64,000 nucleotides of DNA from Diplonema japonicum (GCA_964019335.1 OZ025719.1:372001-436000); one strand, 5' to 3'. Shown: positions 1-12,745, counted from the first letter of the stretch. A program made the numbers and translations. Notes: generated from the letters alone by a model not told the origin.

Positions 1-2
1 AC

Positions 3-137
3 GTGTACTCTAACGATGTGATTGTGCACAGCTTCCGAGCGGTGTGCCAACACATCACCGTGGCCTGCATCATCCTCTTCTTTGGGAGCATGTATTTCGA
101 CTTTGGAGACCTCGTCTTCAGAATAGTCCAAACATGA
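3..137 (+). CDS. 3' end of an upstream gene (partial; hydrophobic C-terminus)
   Basis: Open frame from the window edge, VYSNDVIVHSFRAVCQHITVACIILFFGSMYFDFGDLVFRIVQT, stop TGA at 135-137, followed by poly-T. Composition resembles the other exons. Confidence 0.55.
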   Translation: MYSNDVIVHSFRAVCQHITVACIILFFGSMYFDFGDLVFRIVQT

Positions 138-204
138 TTTTTTTTTTGAAGAAAAAGAAGAGGGGGGGGGGGGGGGGGGGGGGTACTAAGAGGGAGGAAA
201 AAAA

Positions 205-739
205 AAGAACGGACAAGGACTTCGGCAAGCTACCGGCAGGGGATGTCCTACGGGAGTACACGAAGGAGGTGCTGAGGTGGATGCGGCAACTGCGCTGGTA
301 TGCAGGCAGCAGGAACACGTCAGTGTCGACGGTGGAGCTGGCACTGGATTTCGAGAACGTGACCGGGAAGACCCTTGGAGGGAAGCTGGGGGATCTCGCA
401 GAAGTGCAGCAGAAAGCGAGGAGATTGCATGGACTGATGAAGAAGATCTGGCACACATGGGAGCTAGGGAGGGTACTGAAGAAGGTGAAAGGAAGGAGGG
501 CCTTCCCAGCTGAGCCGAGCACAAGGGTGCACACACAACGAACCATCGGGAGGACAAAGGCGGTGATCGGATGGAACAGGAGGGCGATATTTGCATCACC
601 GAAGACCAAGCATGACCTAGAGGCGTTGAAAGGACAATGGGCGAGAGAACGAAGAGAAAGAGCGGCCAGGCTGGGGAGAAGGCCGGCAAGACCACCAAAG
701 GAGGAGAAACCGCTGCTGAAAGGGGATAGGTGCAGGTAG
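205..739 (+). mobile_element. Probable non-LTR retrotransposon remnant (C-terminal part of the ORF)
   Basis: Purine-rich, start-less frame with WMRQLRW...VSTVELALDFENVTG, resembling the C-terminal W-L-W...S-x-x-EL-x-x-DF...TG region I recall from protist LINE-like ORFs. Bounded by poly-G/poly-A runs. No RT motifs present. Confidence 0.45.
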
Positions 740-1130
740 AAGATGAGAACAAGGGGGCGTCTCACAAAGACGAACACAAAGAATTGTTGTAGCATTTGTT
801 GGGGGGGGGGGGGGGGGGCTACAGGATTACCCCCTCTTCCCACAACAATCAAAAAACTTTTTTTTTTGTTCGACTTGTCACCTTGACATTAAAAGACGGA
901 TTTTTTTTTTCCCCCTCTTGATTTTTTTTTTTGAATACAAATAACAAAAAACACTGTTATTTCGTAGTTTTCACAGGACGTTACAAAAAAAAAAAGAAGC
1001 TTTTCTTTTGTTTGTTTTAAGCAAGATAATCTCCATAACCTATTAGGGTTTTTTTTTCCGATACCCCCCCCCCATTATTTAGAAAAAACCCCCACCCCCC
1101 AACTACACAAAGGAAAGAGAGAGAGGAGAA

Positions 1131-2429
1131 ATGCTCACGTTACGGCGTGCAGTGCCCGTGGTGCGAAGGGCGAGCATAAACATAGTGCGTTGGTGTGGAG
1201 AACCGGCATGGGCGGCGGAGGCAAGAAAGAAATACGAAGAAGAACAGAGAAGAAGAGCAGCACGGAAGGCCCAGGTAGAACAGGTAGACCTAGCAAACGA
1301 AGTAGAAGTGGAAGATGAGTTACAAGTGGAAGACGCGTCTCACGAACTACCGGTCGTGGAGGACGACGGGTGGCTGCTGTGGCAAAACCATGATGCTTGT
1401 CCTTCTGACATGGGCACTCAATGGAACCCATCGAGCGACGACATCGCTGGCGGCGGCATCCGGTCTGTGGAGGAGGCGAAGTTCCACTGCATCAAGAACG
1501 GCTACGGCGGCTTCACGCAGAAGTGGTCCCTTATCTACTACTTCAAGTCAAACACCCCCCGCCGCCTCACCGCTGCCAGGCAGCACGTCAAGAAAGACGA
1601 GAAAGGCATGTTGCACCTGTACGTGGCCCCAACCCTAGACGGCGTCACCGCCCTCACCCCTGAACTTGACAAACGCCTCAAGGACGCAATTGCTGCAGGC
1701 ACCGCGCCTGTCAAGAAGGACATGGATATTGACCTTGATGACGATGATGAGGACTGGGACATCCCCGAGGACCTGAAGAGCCTTGCCGACAACGCGGAGA
1801 CAGAAAAGGAGACAGGGGAGGAAAAGCCGGCTGAAGCGGCAAGCCAAAACAAAGAAGAAGAGAAGAAGACCACGGCAGGCCAAAACAAAGAGGAAGAGAA
1901 GAAGACCACGGCAGGCCAAAAAAAAGAGGAAGAGAAGAAGACCACGGAAAACAAAAAGCAGCCTGTTGAAAAGCAGCCGTGGGGTCATCGGAAGGTCGGC
2001 GACGGGGGCCTGTTCGCACAATTCGGGGGGATGACGAAGAAAGAGCAGAAAGACTCGGCCAAACCGAGCAGAACCCACCCAGCGAGGAAGCGACCTGTGG
2101 AAAAGAAACCACCATTAGTGAAGAACACACCTCAAGTGCAGAAAGCACCAGTGCAACCAAAACCCGAACAAGACAAAAGCACAAACAGCCTTCTCCCCAA
2201 AGGTAGCCCCGTAGTGGCCACAATTGACATAAAAGTGAAGGGCGCGACCGTCATCACAGCAGGCACACAAGGTGTGGTCAAGGGTGCCACCAAAGCCGAC
2301 AGAATGCATGTAGAGTTTTCCCGCAGGGTCGATGGCAAGTATGGAAGATATCCCTTTTTTTTAAAAAAAATTTTTTTCTCAAGGAACCCCAACCTCAACG
2401 TCACGATGAAAGAAGTGACCCTGCTGTGA
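1131..2429 (+). CDS. Hypothetical protein, probable mitochondrial targeting peptide
   Basis: Arg-rich, acid-free N-terminus MLTLRRAVPVVRRAS; small globular domain (WQNHDACP...HCIKNGYGGFT...YYFKS); Lys/Glu repeats; C-terminal beta-barrel-like segment. Probable in-frame 45-nt intron 2339-2383 (GTATGG...CAAG) removes YGRYPFFLKKIFFSR. Confidence 0.75.
   Translation: MLTLRRAVPVVRRASINIVRWCGEPAWAAEARKKYEEEQRRRAARKAQVEQVDLANEVEVEDELQVEDASHELPVVEDDGWLLWQNHDACPSDMGTQWNPSSDDIAGGGIRSVEEAKFHCIKNGYGGFTQKWSLIYYFKSNTPRRLTAARQHVKKDEKGMLHLYVAPTLDGVTALTPELDKRLKDAIAAGTAPVKKDMDIDLDDDDEDWDIPEDLKSLADNAETEKETGEEKPAEAASQNKEEEKKTTAGQNKEEEKKTTAGQKKEEEKKTTENKKQPVEKQPWGHRKVGDGGLFAQFGGMTKKEQKDSAKPSRTHPARKRPVEKKPPLVKNTPQVQKAPVQPKPEQDKSTNSLLPKGSPVVATIDIKVKGATVITAGTQGVVKGATKADRMHVEFSRRVDGKYGRYPFFLKKIFFSRNPNLNVTMKEVTLL
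1843..1947 (+). repeat. 36-nt coding tandem repeat x3 (xQNKEEEKKTTA)
   Basis: Units of gccaaaa(c/a)aaaga(a/g)gaagagaagaagaccacgg start at 1843, 1879 and 1915. Confidence 0.9.
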
Positions 2430-2857
2430 TTGGCATTCAGGAGTGAAACATAATCAGGTGCTGACCTCCCAGTAGGTTAGTCGGCAGAACGATCGCTTAA
2501 AAGGCAGGATCACACCTGCTGAGCAAGAGCGACACAAAGAGAGCCGGGGTGCTTTCTCTTTGTTCCCCCCCCCCCCCCCCCCCTCTTGATCACCCCTCCC
2601 CCCACCATCGATTGCCAGATATCGAAAATAGTATTATTTTTTGTTAAATCATTTAACTGATTTCTTGTTTCCCCCATTTTTTTTTAAATCTGAATGTTTT
2701 TTTTTAGGCGTTCTGTCACATACCGCAGGTACCCTTAAATGTCTCTTTTTTTTTTTTTTTTTTATTTATTTTTTTTTTTTTTATTTGCCCACAACGAAGA
2801 AAACATGAACATACACAACAAGGTACCTCCCTTCCTCGCATCTGAATAAACGGCAAG

Positions 2858-5301
2858 ATGCTGCCTTTGACGCAACAAGACTCGAGGAACATGCTGAAAA
2901 AGGGTGGCGGGAGCGGATGGAAGACTAAAGCATGGGTCCTGCTCGTGTTCATGGGAGTGACGGTCTTCCTGGTGTCGAAGTACTGGGAAGCAGAAGGAGA
3001 AAGAGTGGCGTACAAGGCCGAGCTAGAGAAGAAACGGAGTGACTTAAACCAAGTGTCCGCCAGACTCGCAACAATCGCCGAGAAGCTGGAGCTGGTTAAC
3101 GCCGAGAAGAATGAACTAAAGAGCTCCTTCGAAGACTGTACAAAACGAGCGGTAATCCCAAAAAAAAAAAAAAAAAAAAAACAAAACAAAAAAAACACAC
3201 ACACACACAGAACAAAGTAAAAGCCGTTGCTGAAGAACAACTTAAGGAATCCCAAGCTGAGGTTGACACCTTGAAAACCAACCTGGATACATGTGAAAGG
3301 TATTCCCCCCCCCCCCCCCCCCCCAGGGCACGTTGTCGGCGTACGGCCGTACGTACGCGTATTTCGAACGTACGCCGACAACGTAGCCGCACTTTTTTTA
3401 TTTTTGCTGCGTACGCGTACGCATTTTTTGCGTACGGCATTCATTTTGGAAAAGCCTAAGGCCATAGTCACTGGGCATGTGGTGGGAGACTCAAGGGCCT
3501 CTCTTGCGACCTATTGGCATTAGGCTTTTGGGTCAGGCCTGCGGTGTACGGAGCTCGGGTAAGGGGCACCTTTCAAGGTGGAAGCCCAAAGATCGGCCAT
3601 TGAGATTTGACAAAGCTGATTCTCTTGTCAGAGATATAATTCAGGTCAAACTCTACTTCAGCAAACGTAGTTTCACCTGCACGCAGTTTGTGAGAGACTA
3701 CTGACGTGTGACGGAACTGGCGTTGGAAGACCTGCAGGGTGCCCGATCCTGATGACGAAGAGAACGTCTGATAGAGACGAATCGGGTGTAAAAGTGTTGC
3801 ATGAAGCCTGCCGCCCACCCTCTCTTCCATCCATTTTTGTGCTCCACTCCCCTTTGCCCCTCTTGTCCAACGTAAGCCCTTTGACCCGTAGCCTGTACCT
3901 GTAGGTGTTAGGAGCCGTACGCACAGCCGTACCTTTCCTTGCCATTTCCTTTAAATTTTTTTCTCCTAAGGTAAAAAAAACTGCCCAATACCCTCCAAAT
4001 TAACCAAAAAAATCAAAATCCGCCGGATTAGAGCATTTCTGGGCACTTGTTAATGCTTTATCTGTATTTTTGAAAAACAGTGACCACGGTTTGGTTACCA
4101 TCCTAACCTCGGGAAATTGATAAATATTCATCAGAAATGCCGCGCAAAACACAGAAGAGTTCACAATCGGACAACGTAAGACAGTACTCTGCCGTTCAAA
4201 CGGTAGCGGCGTCCTAAAGAGCCGCGTTCAAAGGGTGGAACAAACCATGGTCAAATTCTAAAATTTTCAGAAAATTCAGAAACTACATGGGAGACAACAG
4301 GCCAGGTACCAAACCGTGGTTACCAGTTTTAAAAATGCAAAATAATGCCTTGTAGGTGCCCAAAAGTAAAAAGTACCCGGCGGAAATCGATTTTTTGGTC
4401 GAGAAAGGGGCGTTTTACATGGTTTAAGCGGCTCCAGTGTTCTGCATTTCCGAATTTGAAAAAACCCACTTTACCACCCCATGTGACCCCCCCTACCCCC
4501 CCACACCTACCTTCACACAGCGCCGCCGCAAAATACGACAAAAAGATTGCTACGGAACGCGAGAAGGCAGCCATGCATGCTGCAAGGATCAGTGCTTTGG
4601 AGGGAAGCGTGGCGAACTGCACGAAAAGGGAGAACATCACGGATTCGAGCTTGAAGGTGGCAAAGAAGACGATCGTGGATTTGAGAGCAACGGTGGCAGA
4701 GATGGAGAAGAAAGAGAAGGCCTCTACCGCAGAGGACGCAGCACCAACAGCAAAACCACTGAAAGCACCTCCTGTTAAGCCGAAGATGGAAAAGATCCTT
4801 GGCAAGGAAGAAACTCTTCTTCGCGCCGCAAATGAGGACCTTTCTGCGGCGTCTGCAACAGGCAAAAGGACCAACACAGACTACACCCTGTTTCCAACAA
4901 CATTATCTGGTGTGAAGGCCAATGTTACCTCGTCAACGAACTTCACGGAAAAACCTCTTTCATCGAATGCTACAAGGCCTGCTTTGGGCATAACACCTAA
5001 ACGAGACCTTGCCCTGGAAGCCTTCCTCAAGCAGGGGGGAAAGCAGAGCAATATCACCTTCATCAAACCCTTCGAGAATTCTGTCAAAGCCACGCATAAA
5101 ACGGAAAAGGACGAAGAAGAAGAGTCTGAGAACGGTAGCGCCCTAGAGTCGTCTGCGTCTGCTTCAGGTTCGGTGGATAGCCATGTTGGTCATGGACAGC
5201 TTACTAGCAGTGTTACAGGAGGCTTTGGGGTTCACCCTAAAACCCGCAAAGAGGTAAAATCAGTGTCGCATGATCGGAAGCAGGATTCTCATGAACTTTA
5301 G
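2858..5301 (+). CDS. Type II membrane coiled-coil protein (3 exons)
   Basis: Exons 2858-3151, 3211-3299, 4521-5301; introns 3152-3210 and 3300-4520 (GT..CACAG). Splicing gives continuous coiled coil (CTKRA|NKVKAVAEEQ...DTCE-S|AAAKYDKK). One N-terminal TM helix (AWVLLVFMGVTVFLV). Confidence 0.75.
3324..4490. mobile_element. Insertion in intron 2, DNA-transposon/MITE-like
   Basis: Starts CAGGGC after a poly-C run. Perfect 16-bp inverted repeat at 3330-3345/3369-3384, many CGTACG motifs, and a second perfect 13-bp inverted repeat at 4083-4095/4308-4320. Internal minus-strand ORF 3673-3945. No matching right TIR found. Confidence 0.5.
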
Positions 5302-6077
5302 AAAGTTATTATTTCCCCAAATAGAAGAAAGATAATGATTGTTCCCCTCGTGGAAGTGGGCTACTTGTTTTTTTTTCTTTTTTTTTTTTTTTTTTTTTCC
5401 CTTCGCCCTCCTTTTTTTTTTTTTTGAGCAGCCAAAAAAAAAAAAAGTCGAAAAAAAAAAGATTGAGGGGGGGGAGGGTGGGGGGGGGAAAAATAAATAA
5501 TACCACAAAAATAAATGAGAGAGGGAACAATTTTTTTTTCTTTCATCTTTTTTTTTTCTTTCTTCCACTTCCTATTGTTTCTAAATTATTTTTTTTTTAA
5601 TCTATCACTGCCTCCGCCTGGTATTCTCCCCCCTTCCCCATATTTTTCTTTTTTTGATGCACTGATTGTATCGCTAGGCAAGCCTGTCACGCACTGCGGG
5701 GTTCCCTTCAAGGACATCTTTTGTGCTCCGACAATGACTTATATTGTAATTGCTTAAAGGAGTTGAGGGGAAAGTGGGGGGGGTGGCAATAGTTGTGGGC
5801 CAATCCTTCTATATATTTAATCCCCCCCCCCCCCCCCCCCCTCCAGCTGCTCCAGGAATATTGGGAAATTGTGATTTTTTTTCGATTTTAAAAAAAGAAA
5901 TATTTTTTAATTTCCAGTCTATTTCCCACCCCCCCTTTTTTTTTACACTTTTTACTTTTTTTCTTATTTATACTTTTCCCCATTCTCCCCCTTCCCCCTT
6001 TCATATCTATTTTCTTTTAAAAAATTGTTTTTTTTTTTTTAAACCCGTTTTCTCTCAAAAAAAAAAAAAGGCATGGG

Positions 6078-9000
6078 ATGGGCGGTGAAACATCGAGATG
6101 CATAGTACCCACGGATGAAGCCAAAAGGCGCTTGGGCTACGAGCGAGCAGGGCAAGTAGATTTATCATGGAGAAAATTAAGCAGAGGGGGCAAAGGTGTG
6201 CCTTTGGAGACATTCAGAGACGAGTTCTTGCACTCAGTGTTGCCCTGCATGCCGAGGCTGGTGTCTGACGCTCTGTTCGCAGCGCTCGACAGCCGAAGCT
6301 GCGGGTTGTTGTCTGTGGACGATTTGCTGTCTGGGTTGTGCGTTTTGTACAAAGGATCACCCGAAGAAAGATTAAAGCTTTTATTTCACATATTGGATGA
6401 AGACCGTGACGACCGTGTGTCGCAGAAAGATGTCCTTCGCTTCATAACAGCTTGCGAAGAACAAGACGTAGATGCTGTAAGACGTTCAATGCAACACCTG
6501 CGCACCGACCGGATCAGCTCAGAGGCTTTTTCCCGTTGGCATGAAGGCAACCCAGAGCTCGTCTCTTGGATCCGGCAATTCGAAACAGCACGTCTCTCGC
6601 CACACCACCAGACCATGGTCAGCTCACAGATTGAAGAACACGAACGTGTGATAGCCACAACCCTCGGTATCCCCAGCGAGATTTTCGAGAATTTGGAAAA
6701 GGCGCACGAGGCACTTAAAGAGAAATCCAAACTTGGTGTTGTGTGCAAAGCTACCATTTCGGAGCTCCCCACATCCTCTCTAACAAGAGGAGTCTTTGAA
6801 AGCCTGGACATGGACAGGAAGGGAACCATCTCGCTGCATGACCTCGTCACTGCCGTCGGTACCTGGCAGATCGGTACTGTGCGGGATAAGCTGAAGTTCT
6901 GTTACCATCTGTTTACAAACGAGACGCAGCCCACCCTCACGCGGAGCAAGGCTAGGAGTCTCCTCGAAGCCATCTCCGACATCCCTGGGGTGTACACCCT
7001 CGCGTCCATCCCATCGCACAAGCACCCGCCTATCCCTGACGCGATCCTACTTTTCCTGGACGATCTTCCTGAAGAGACGCCGTGCGACACGTGGGTAGAG
7101 TGGGGCACGGAGCACATCCCGTCGGAACAGGTCAACGACTTCGTCACCGCCGCCTGGCAGCTTGCAAGCATCGATCTGCGATTGCAACCCGAAACAAGGT
7201 ATGAAGGTCGTTGCCAACTACTTCGGAAAGAAAAAAGGAAAAAAAAAACAGGCAAAAAGAGGTTGAAATTCTAAAGCGGTTGAACGACATCCCCAACAAG
7301 GAGGGCGTGCGGTGGTTCCTCACGAGCAAAGCATGGTGGGACAAGGTCATGGACCCCAGCAGTGATGTGCCCACCATGCCATCCATCGTGAACCAGTGGT
7401 ATGCATTGACACCCTAGCTATCAACACCACGCCACCCAACAGCCTGCTCGATGCGTGCCTGAACCTGCGACAGGACATCAGCGAAGGAGAGGATTACGCC
7501 GTCGTCTCGCACGGCGTGTGGAAGGCAGTGACAGGCTGGTACGGGCTGGTGTCCCCTATCTCACGCACAACCGTGGTGCGAGATGGCCGACTAGTGCTGG
7601 AGCTGTACCCCCTTACAGTCAGGGTGGCCCTGGGGTCGCCAGAAAACGCAGGGCAAGCGGAGCAGCTGCGCGAGTTCCAGATATCCGGCACAAAGACAGC
7701 GAAGGACGTTGTCGAGATAATGTGCAGCAAGACAGGTGCGTTGCCGGACGGGGCGAAGCTCTTTGAAAAGGACGGCACAGAGGTCCCCGCCGACGAGACC
7801 CTCGAAACGATGGACTTCGCTGACGGGCACTTCTTCCTCCTCGACGTCCCTACTGAGGACGTGGAAGCTTCCGTCAAGACACCAGACCTGGCCCCCCGTG
7901 GCGAGATGTCCTCTTTCTGTTCATCTTTTGCATATGACTCCCCCGATGGCGCGGTGTCCCTCACCTACGGATCGAAGGTTGAGTGCCACTACCACCTCCA
8001 GTCGACAGGGGGCAAGTCGCAGAACCCTGTGAAGGGCATCGTCAGATCGACAGGCGATGAGATCAAGGTCGCCGTGCTGTCGCGTGACGCAGTTGTGACG
8101 ACCCACAAGGACTGGGTGGTGCGGGCACTGCCCGCCGCGCAGACGTGGGACGGGTGCACGGGGAGGGTGGGTCTTCAGAACTTAGGCAACACATGCTACA
8201 TGAACTCGGTGCTGCAAGTGCTGTCGAACACGCGGACGTTACGTGACTACTTTGTGCACCAAGCGGAGTATGCTTACGACCTGAACACAACATCCACGTG
8301 GGGCATGGGGGGGAAGGTCACCATTGCCTTTGCCGAGTTGCTTGAGTCACTGTGGTGCACGTCAGAGACTACCGCACCACGCAGGTTCCGAGGTGTGTTC
8401 GGGAACTTCAAACCAGAGTACGCGCAATACATGCAGCAGGACGCAGAGGAGTTCTTGTCTGAGCTGCTCTCAGCCCTCTCAGCAGAGCTCTCTGATGAGT
8501 GCAAAGAGGAGTACGTGGAGTTCAAAGACGCGGAAGACCGTCCTGACGAAGAGGTCGCAAGCGAGAGGTGGGACGATCTCCTCAAACGCGAGCACAGCGT
8601 CATCACAAACCTGTTCTTCAGCCAGTTCAAGTCGCAGCTGACGTGCACGAAGTGCAATCTCGTCACACGGAACTTCCCGTACCTCTCCATCATCCCCCTG
8701 CCCCTCCCGGAATTTCCTCACAAATACTACGAAGTCACCATGCACTTGGGAGGCGTCCCTTTGAAGGTCAGTCTCAAGGCCAGCCATGATTGCGAAATCC
8801 AAGAACTTCTGAAAGAATGTGTGGAAATAGGAGGCGGGTGTGAGAAGGATTATGTACCAGCAGTGCTGACAGAGAGCATGTCGTGCCTCGTGGCGATGCC
8901 TGGAGTGGGGGAGAAGCTGAGCACATTGCACGGCCAACAGCTGCACATGTACAAGGTGCCCGGACATTGCGAGGGAAACAACATAATACCCGTGGTCCAC

Positions 9001-10143
9001 AGGAGGTACGTGACAATCGCAAACGGCGAGTCCTTTGAGATACGAGCACGCCCTGTGACCTACGGCTATGTCATGATGGCATCCGTGAAACAGGGAACCC
9101 CCTACGAAGCTATGAGAGAGCAACTGTGGGAACAGTGTAAATGGATGATGCCCGACTACAAACTGCGAGACGAGAAGTACCCCTTCATCGTGACGACGGT
9201 TACAAAAGATGGGAATGGGTGCTCATCATGCAGCTGGGTGAAGGGCTGTTTCGGGTGCCTCTTCAACACCACCCCCGTCGACAAGGCAATATCCATCGAC
9301 TGGGAAAGCTCCCTTTTGAACAAATACGACAACAGCCGCCTGATGGACCACATGAACATCAAGGTGCACCCGTCCATAAAACAACACAGAGATGAGGTCG
9401 CTGCAGGCTTGACATGCGACTTGCAAGCGTGTCTTGACAACTATACGAAAACAGAGATGCCAAAAATTTGCGGACGATGCACCAAAGATGCTGGTGAGCC
9501 CACGGAAACAGGACATAAGGAGGAGGCAGAGATGTACAGGGTACCGCCTGTTCTTATCGTTCAGCTCAAAAAGTTCATGCATAACAACATGACAGGGCAG
9601 TCGAAGATTAATGGGCTTGTGCAGTTTCCCATTAAGGATTTCGACGTAGCTTCGTGGAGTGCTGGCTCGTCACAGCATATCTCGGACACTGCCTACGACC
9701 TCTACGGTGTGATCAATCACCGAGGGGCTTATGGGCACGGGCATTATTACTCTTATATTTTGAATGGTGGTAAGTGGTATTGCTATAACGACTCCATAGT
9801 GACACCTATGAAGGAGTCGGAGGTAGTCACACCTGAGGCGTACATTCTCTTCTACAAGGCGCGCAATGCTACTGCCCGTAGGTTGCGGTCGGTGTGGCCC
9901 CGCAAGGTTGACAAAGGCGCTGAATACCAAGACATTATTGATCTTAAGGTGTGTGTTTTTTTCTTTTTTTTTCTTTTTTCTTTTTTTTTGTTGTTGTTGT
10001 TGTTGTTGTTGTTGGAAGAAGAAAAAAAAAAAAAGCATGCGAAAGAAGAAAGGAAATGAGAAACCACTCCATCACAGAATCAACCCTGGAGCCGCCCTAC
10101 GAACGCCGCGCAGAAGAAAAACAGAAATTGCGTTGTCATGTGA
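6078..10143 (+). CDS. USP32: USP32-like ubiquitin carboxyl-terminal hydrolase (EF-hands, DUSP, UBL, peptidase C19, CaaX)
   Basis: Exons 6078-7198, 7252-7398, 7443-9948, 10078-10143. EF-hand loops (DSRSCGLLS, DEDRDDRVS, DMDRKGTIS); DUSP (IVNQCLL...EGEDYAVV...WYG); Cys box GLQNLGNTCYMNS; QQDAEEF; His box HRGAYGHGHY...YNDS. N-terminus MGGETSR; last exon ends CVVM*. Confidence 0.88.
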
Positions 10144-10147
10144 GAGT

Positions 10148-10196
<49 letters not shown>

Positions 10197-10580
10197 AGGA
10201 TGAGATATAAGAGAAAAAAAATAAAAGAAAGAGTATGTGACGGTGCCGAGTATTTTGAGAGTTTTTTTTTTTTGATGTTTGTATTTTTTTATTTATTTTC
10301 TTGCGAAAAAAAAAACAAAAAAAGAGAGAAAAACCAAAAAAAAGAGGAGCCCCCCCCCCCCCCCAAGAATCTGAATGTAAAATGTCTTGCACAAGGTAAA
10401 AAAAGAACATCTTTTTTTTAAGCCCCACCATCGCCATCCCTTTTTTTTCCCCCCCCCGGTCAGAAAAAAAAAGTCGATTTTCCTGTTCACCACCCGTCTC
10501 TTTTTTTTTTTCTTGCAAAAAAAAAAATATTTATATTTCCTACGACCGTTGCCAACATTTCATCAAAGAAAAAGGAGCCG

Positions 10581-12512
10581 ATGAACGTAGGAAGAATAGC
10601 AGCAAGCCGGCTATTGAGCCGTAGCAGCAGTGGCGCAAAGGGTGTAGTGTCGGTGTACAGGCACCATCAGCAAAATAGATGGGCCAGCGAGACGAGAGTG
10701 AACCTAGCTGAGGCTGTGAAGGAAAAAACAGTGGAAATAAAGAAGAAGACCAAACGAGGAGGAGTAATGACGCAGGCATGGGATGCAGTGCTGCACATCT
10801 ACCACGGGATGCGTCTGCTGATTATCAACACCCAGGTTGCGATGAAGCTTCAACGGCGCGTCCTCAAGGGCTCCCAGCTGACAAGAAGGGAGCGACAACT
10901 CCTTGAAAGCACCACAAAGGACCTCATTCGAATGGTCCCGTTCAGCTTTTTCATTATAGTACCAGGGGCGGAGCTGCTTCTCCCCGTTGCGGTGATGATG
11001 TTCCCCGACCTGACCCCGTCCACCTTCACGTCAAGGGAGCAGACAAGAAAAAAGCAAATCGTCGACAATCTGAAAAAGGGAGCGAGGACTAGACGGATCT
11101 TCGAGCACACCTTTTCAAGAATCATCATCGACGAGGGGTACGACCTGTACTCCCCTTCGTGGGGTATTCTTAAGTATGTAAAGTTTTCCCAAAGGGGTGT
11201 TGTCCTCCCCACCGTTCTTCGCCTTGTCAGCAGCGATCCCTCTTCTCCAAGAGTTGTCTCTGAAGAGGTCACAGAGTCTTCAAAGGAGGATCCCTTGGAG
11301 GCAACAACTATTGTTTTTTTTACGGTGGTGGGCCGTTTCTAACCACTTCGTTCGTGTCATTGTGAATTTCTTTTTTACTTGGACCCCATTTTTTAAGTCC
11401 AAAAAAACCAATTTTTACGGGGCTCGGATCGTCAAAAATAGGGATTTTTGAAAAACAAAAAGAAACCGAAATACGGGTTTTGGATCGACCACGATCCGGT
11501 TTTTAATTTAGGATCGACCGATCAAACCGATCGTAAAATCAAGATAAACCCATCATTAACCCGACTGTGATCGAAAAAATCTAAAATTGCTCCGGGGTCC
11601 GGTTTCAACCCCCCCCCCCCCCCCCCCTTAACCCTGGGATTCAAGTAATGAGGTAAAATCACAAACAAAAGTGAAGCGCCAAACTAATTTTTTTTTTTTA
11701 TATAAAAAAAAAAGAAAAATATAATATCCCCCCCCCCACAGGCGTACCGGCAAAGGAGACATCATATCAGAGGCAGATATCCGGACTATCTCAAACCACT
11801 TCCAGGTCGGGCGGAAGCTCGATCTCAAAAACCTGCCCTCATGGGTGGTGCGTGACGTGGCACGTGTGTTGGGTTTGTACGGGTCGTGGCCAGGGACATT
11901 GCTCCCAACGTCTATCTATGATGCAAGGCTGCGGAACGCGATCGAAAGCTGTTTCGAGAAGTTGTCTGACGACGACGTGAACATGCTAGAGGCCCTTGAC
12001 ACTCTGAACGATGAGGAGCTTGAAAGGGAAAACATGAAGAGAAACATGCGGTGGTTCGGGCCACCATCGGCCCTGCGGCTTCAGCTGAAGCACTGGTGCG
12101 CGATATCCCTATCAGAGGATATCCCGTCACACATACTCGCCTTCATCCGCCCCTGCGCCACATCACACAAAGCCATGTTGAAGTCTCTTTCGAACGACGA
12201 GGTCAATGTCGTACTTGGCCTTAAGAAATACGATGATGCCCCTATGAGGCAAAGGCTAAAGAAACTCACTGAAGAAATCAAAGAACACCCATCTGATGCG
12301 ATTGACAATTCCATTATGGAGGACGAACTTGTCGATATTAAAGATCGTGTGACAGATATCAAGGAAGAGGTGCAGGCGGCTGACGAAGTCTTCAAACATG
12401 TGAGGGAAGTGTTGCAGAACTTCTCGGAGGAGGAGATTCTCCACTGCTATGAAATTATTTTGGGGGAATCCGGTTTTGTTCGTCCTTGTGATGAGGTATG
12501 TGTCTTTGGGAG

Positions 12513-12549
<37 letters not shown>

Positions 12550-12745
12550 CACCCCTCAACAGCAACGTGGTGTTAAGGTTATCATATTGGCTCGCGAGCT
12601 TCTTAAGTACTTCAAAAAGAAGGACACGAATGTTAAGCTCACCGCCTTCCGTCTCATCATGTGCCTCAGGGAATTCGATATTGATTCGTCCGATGTGATT
12701 ACAAGGGATGAATTCGACAGTTTCCTATCGCGTATCAAGGAGTAG
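10581..12745 (+). CDS. LETM1: LETM1/Mdm38 mitochondrial inner-membrane protein with C-terminal EF-hand
   Basis: Exons 10581-11173, 11742-12495, 12563-12745. Signature HIYHGMRLL...LTRRERQLL..TTKDLIRMVPFSFFIIVPGAELLLPV; presequence-like N-terminus; EF-hand FDIDSSDVITRDEF. Confidence 0.9.
11400..11612. mobile_element. Transposon-end-like fragment in LETM1 intron 1 with GATCG/CGATC subterminal repeats
   Basis: At least six GATCG/CGATC motifs between 11426 and 11575, ending in CCGGTTTCAACCC and a poly-C run. The intron is 568 nt versus about 40 nt for typical introns here. Confidence 0.4.
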
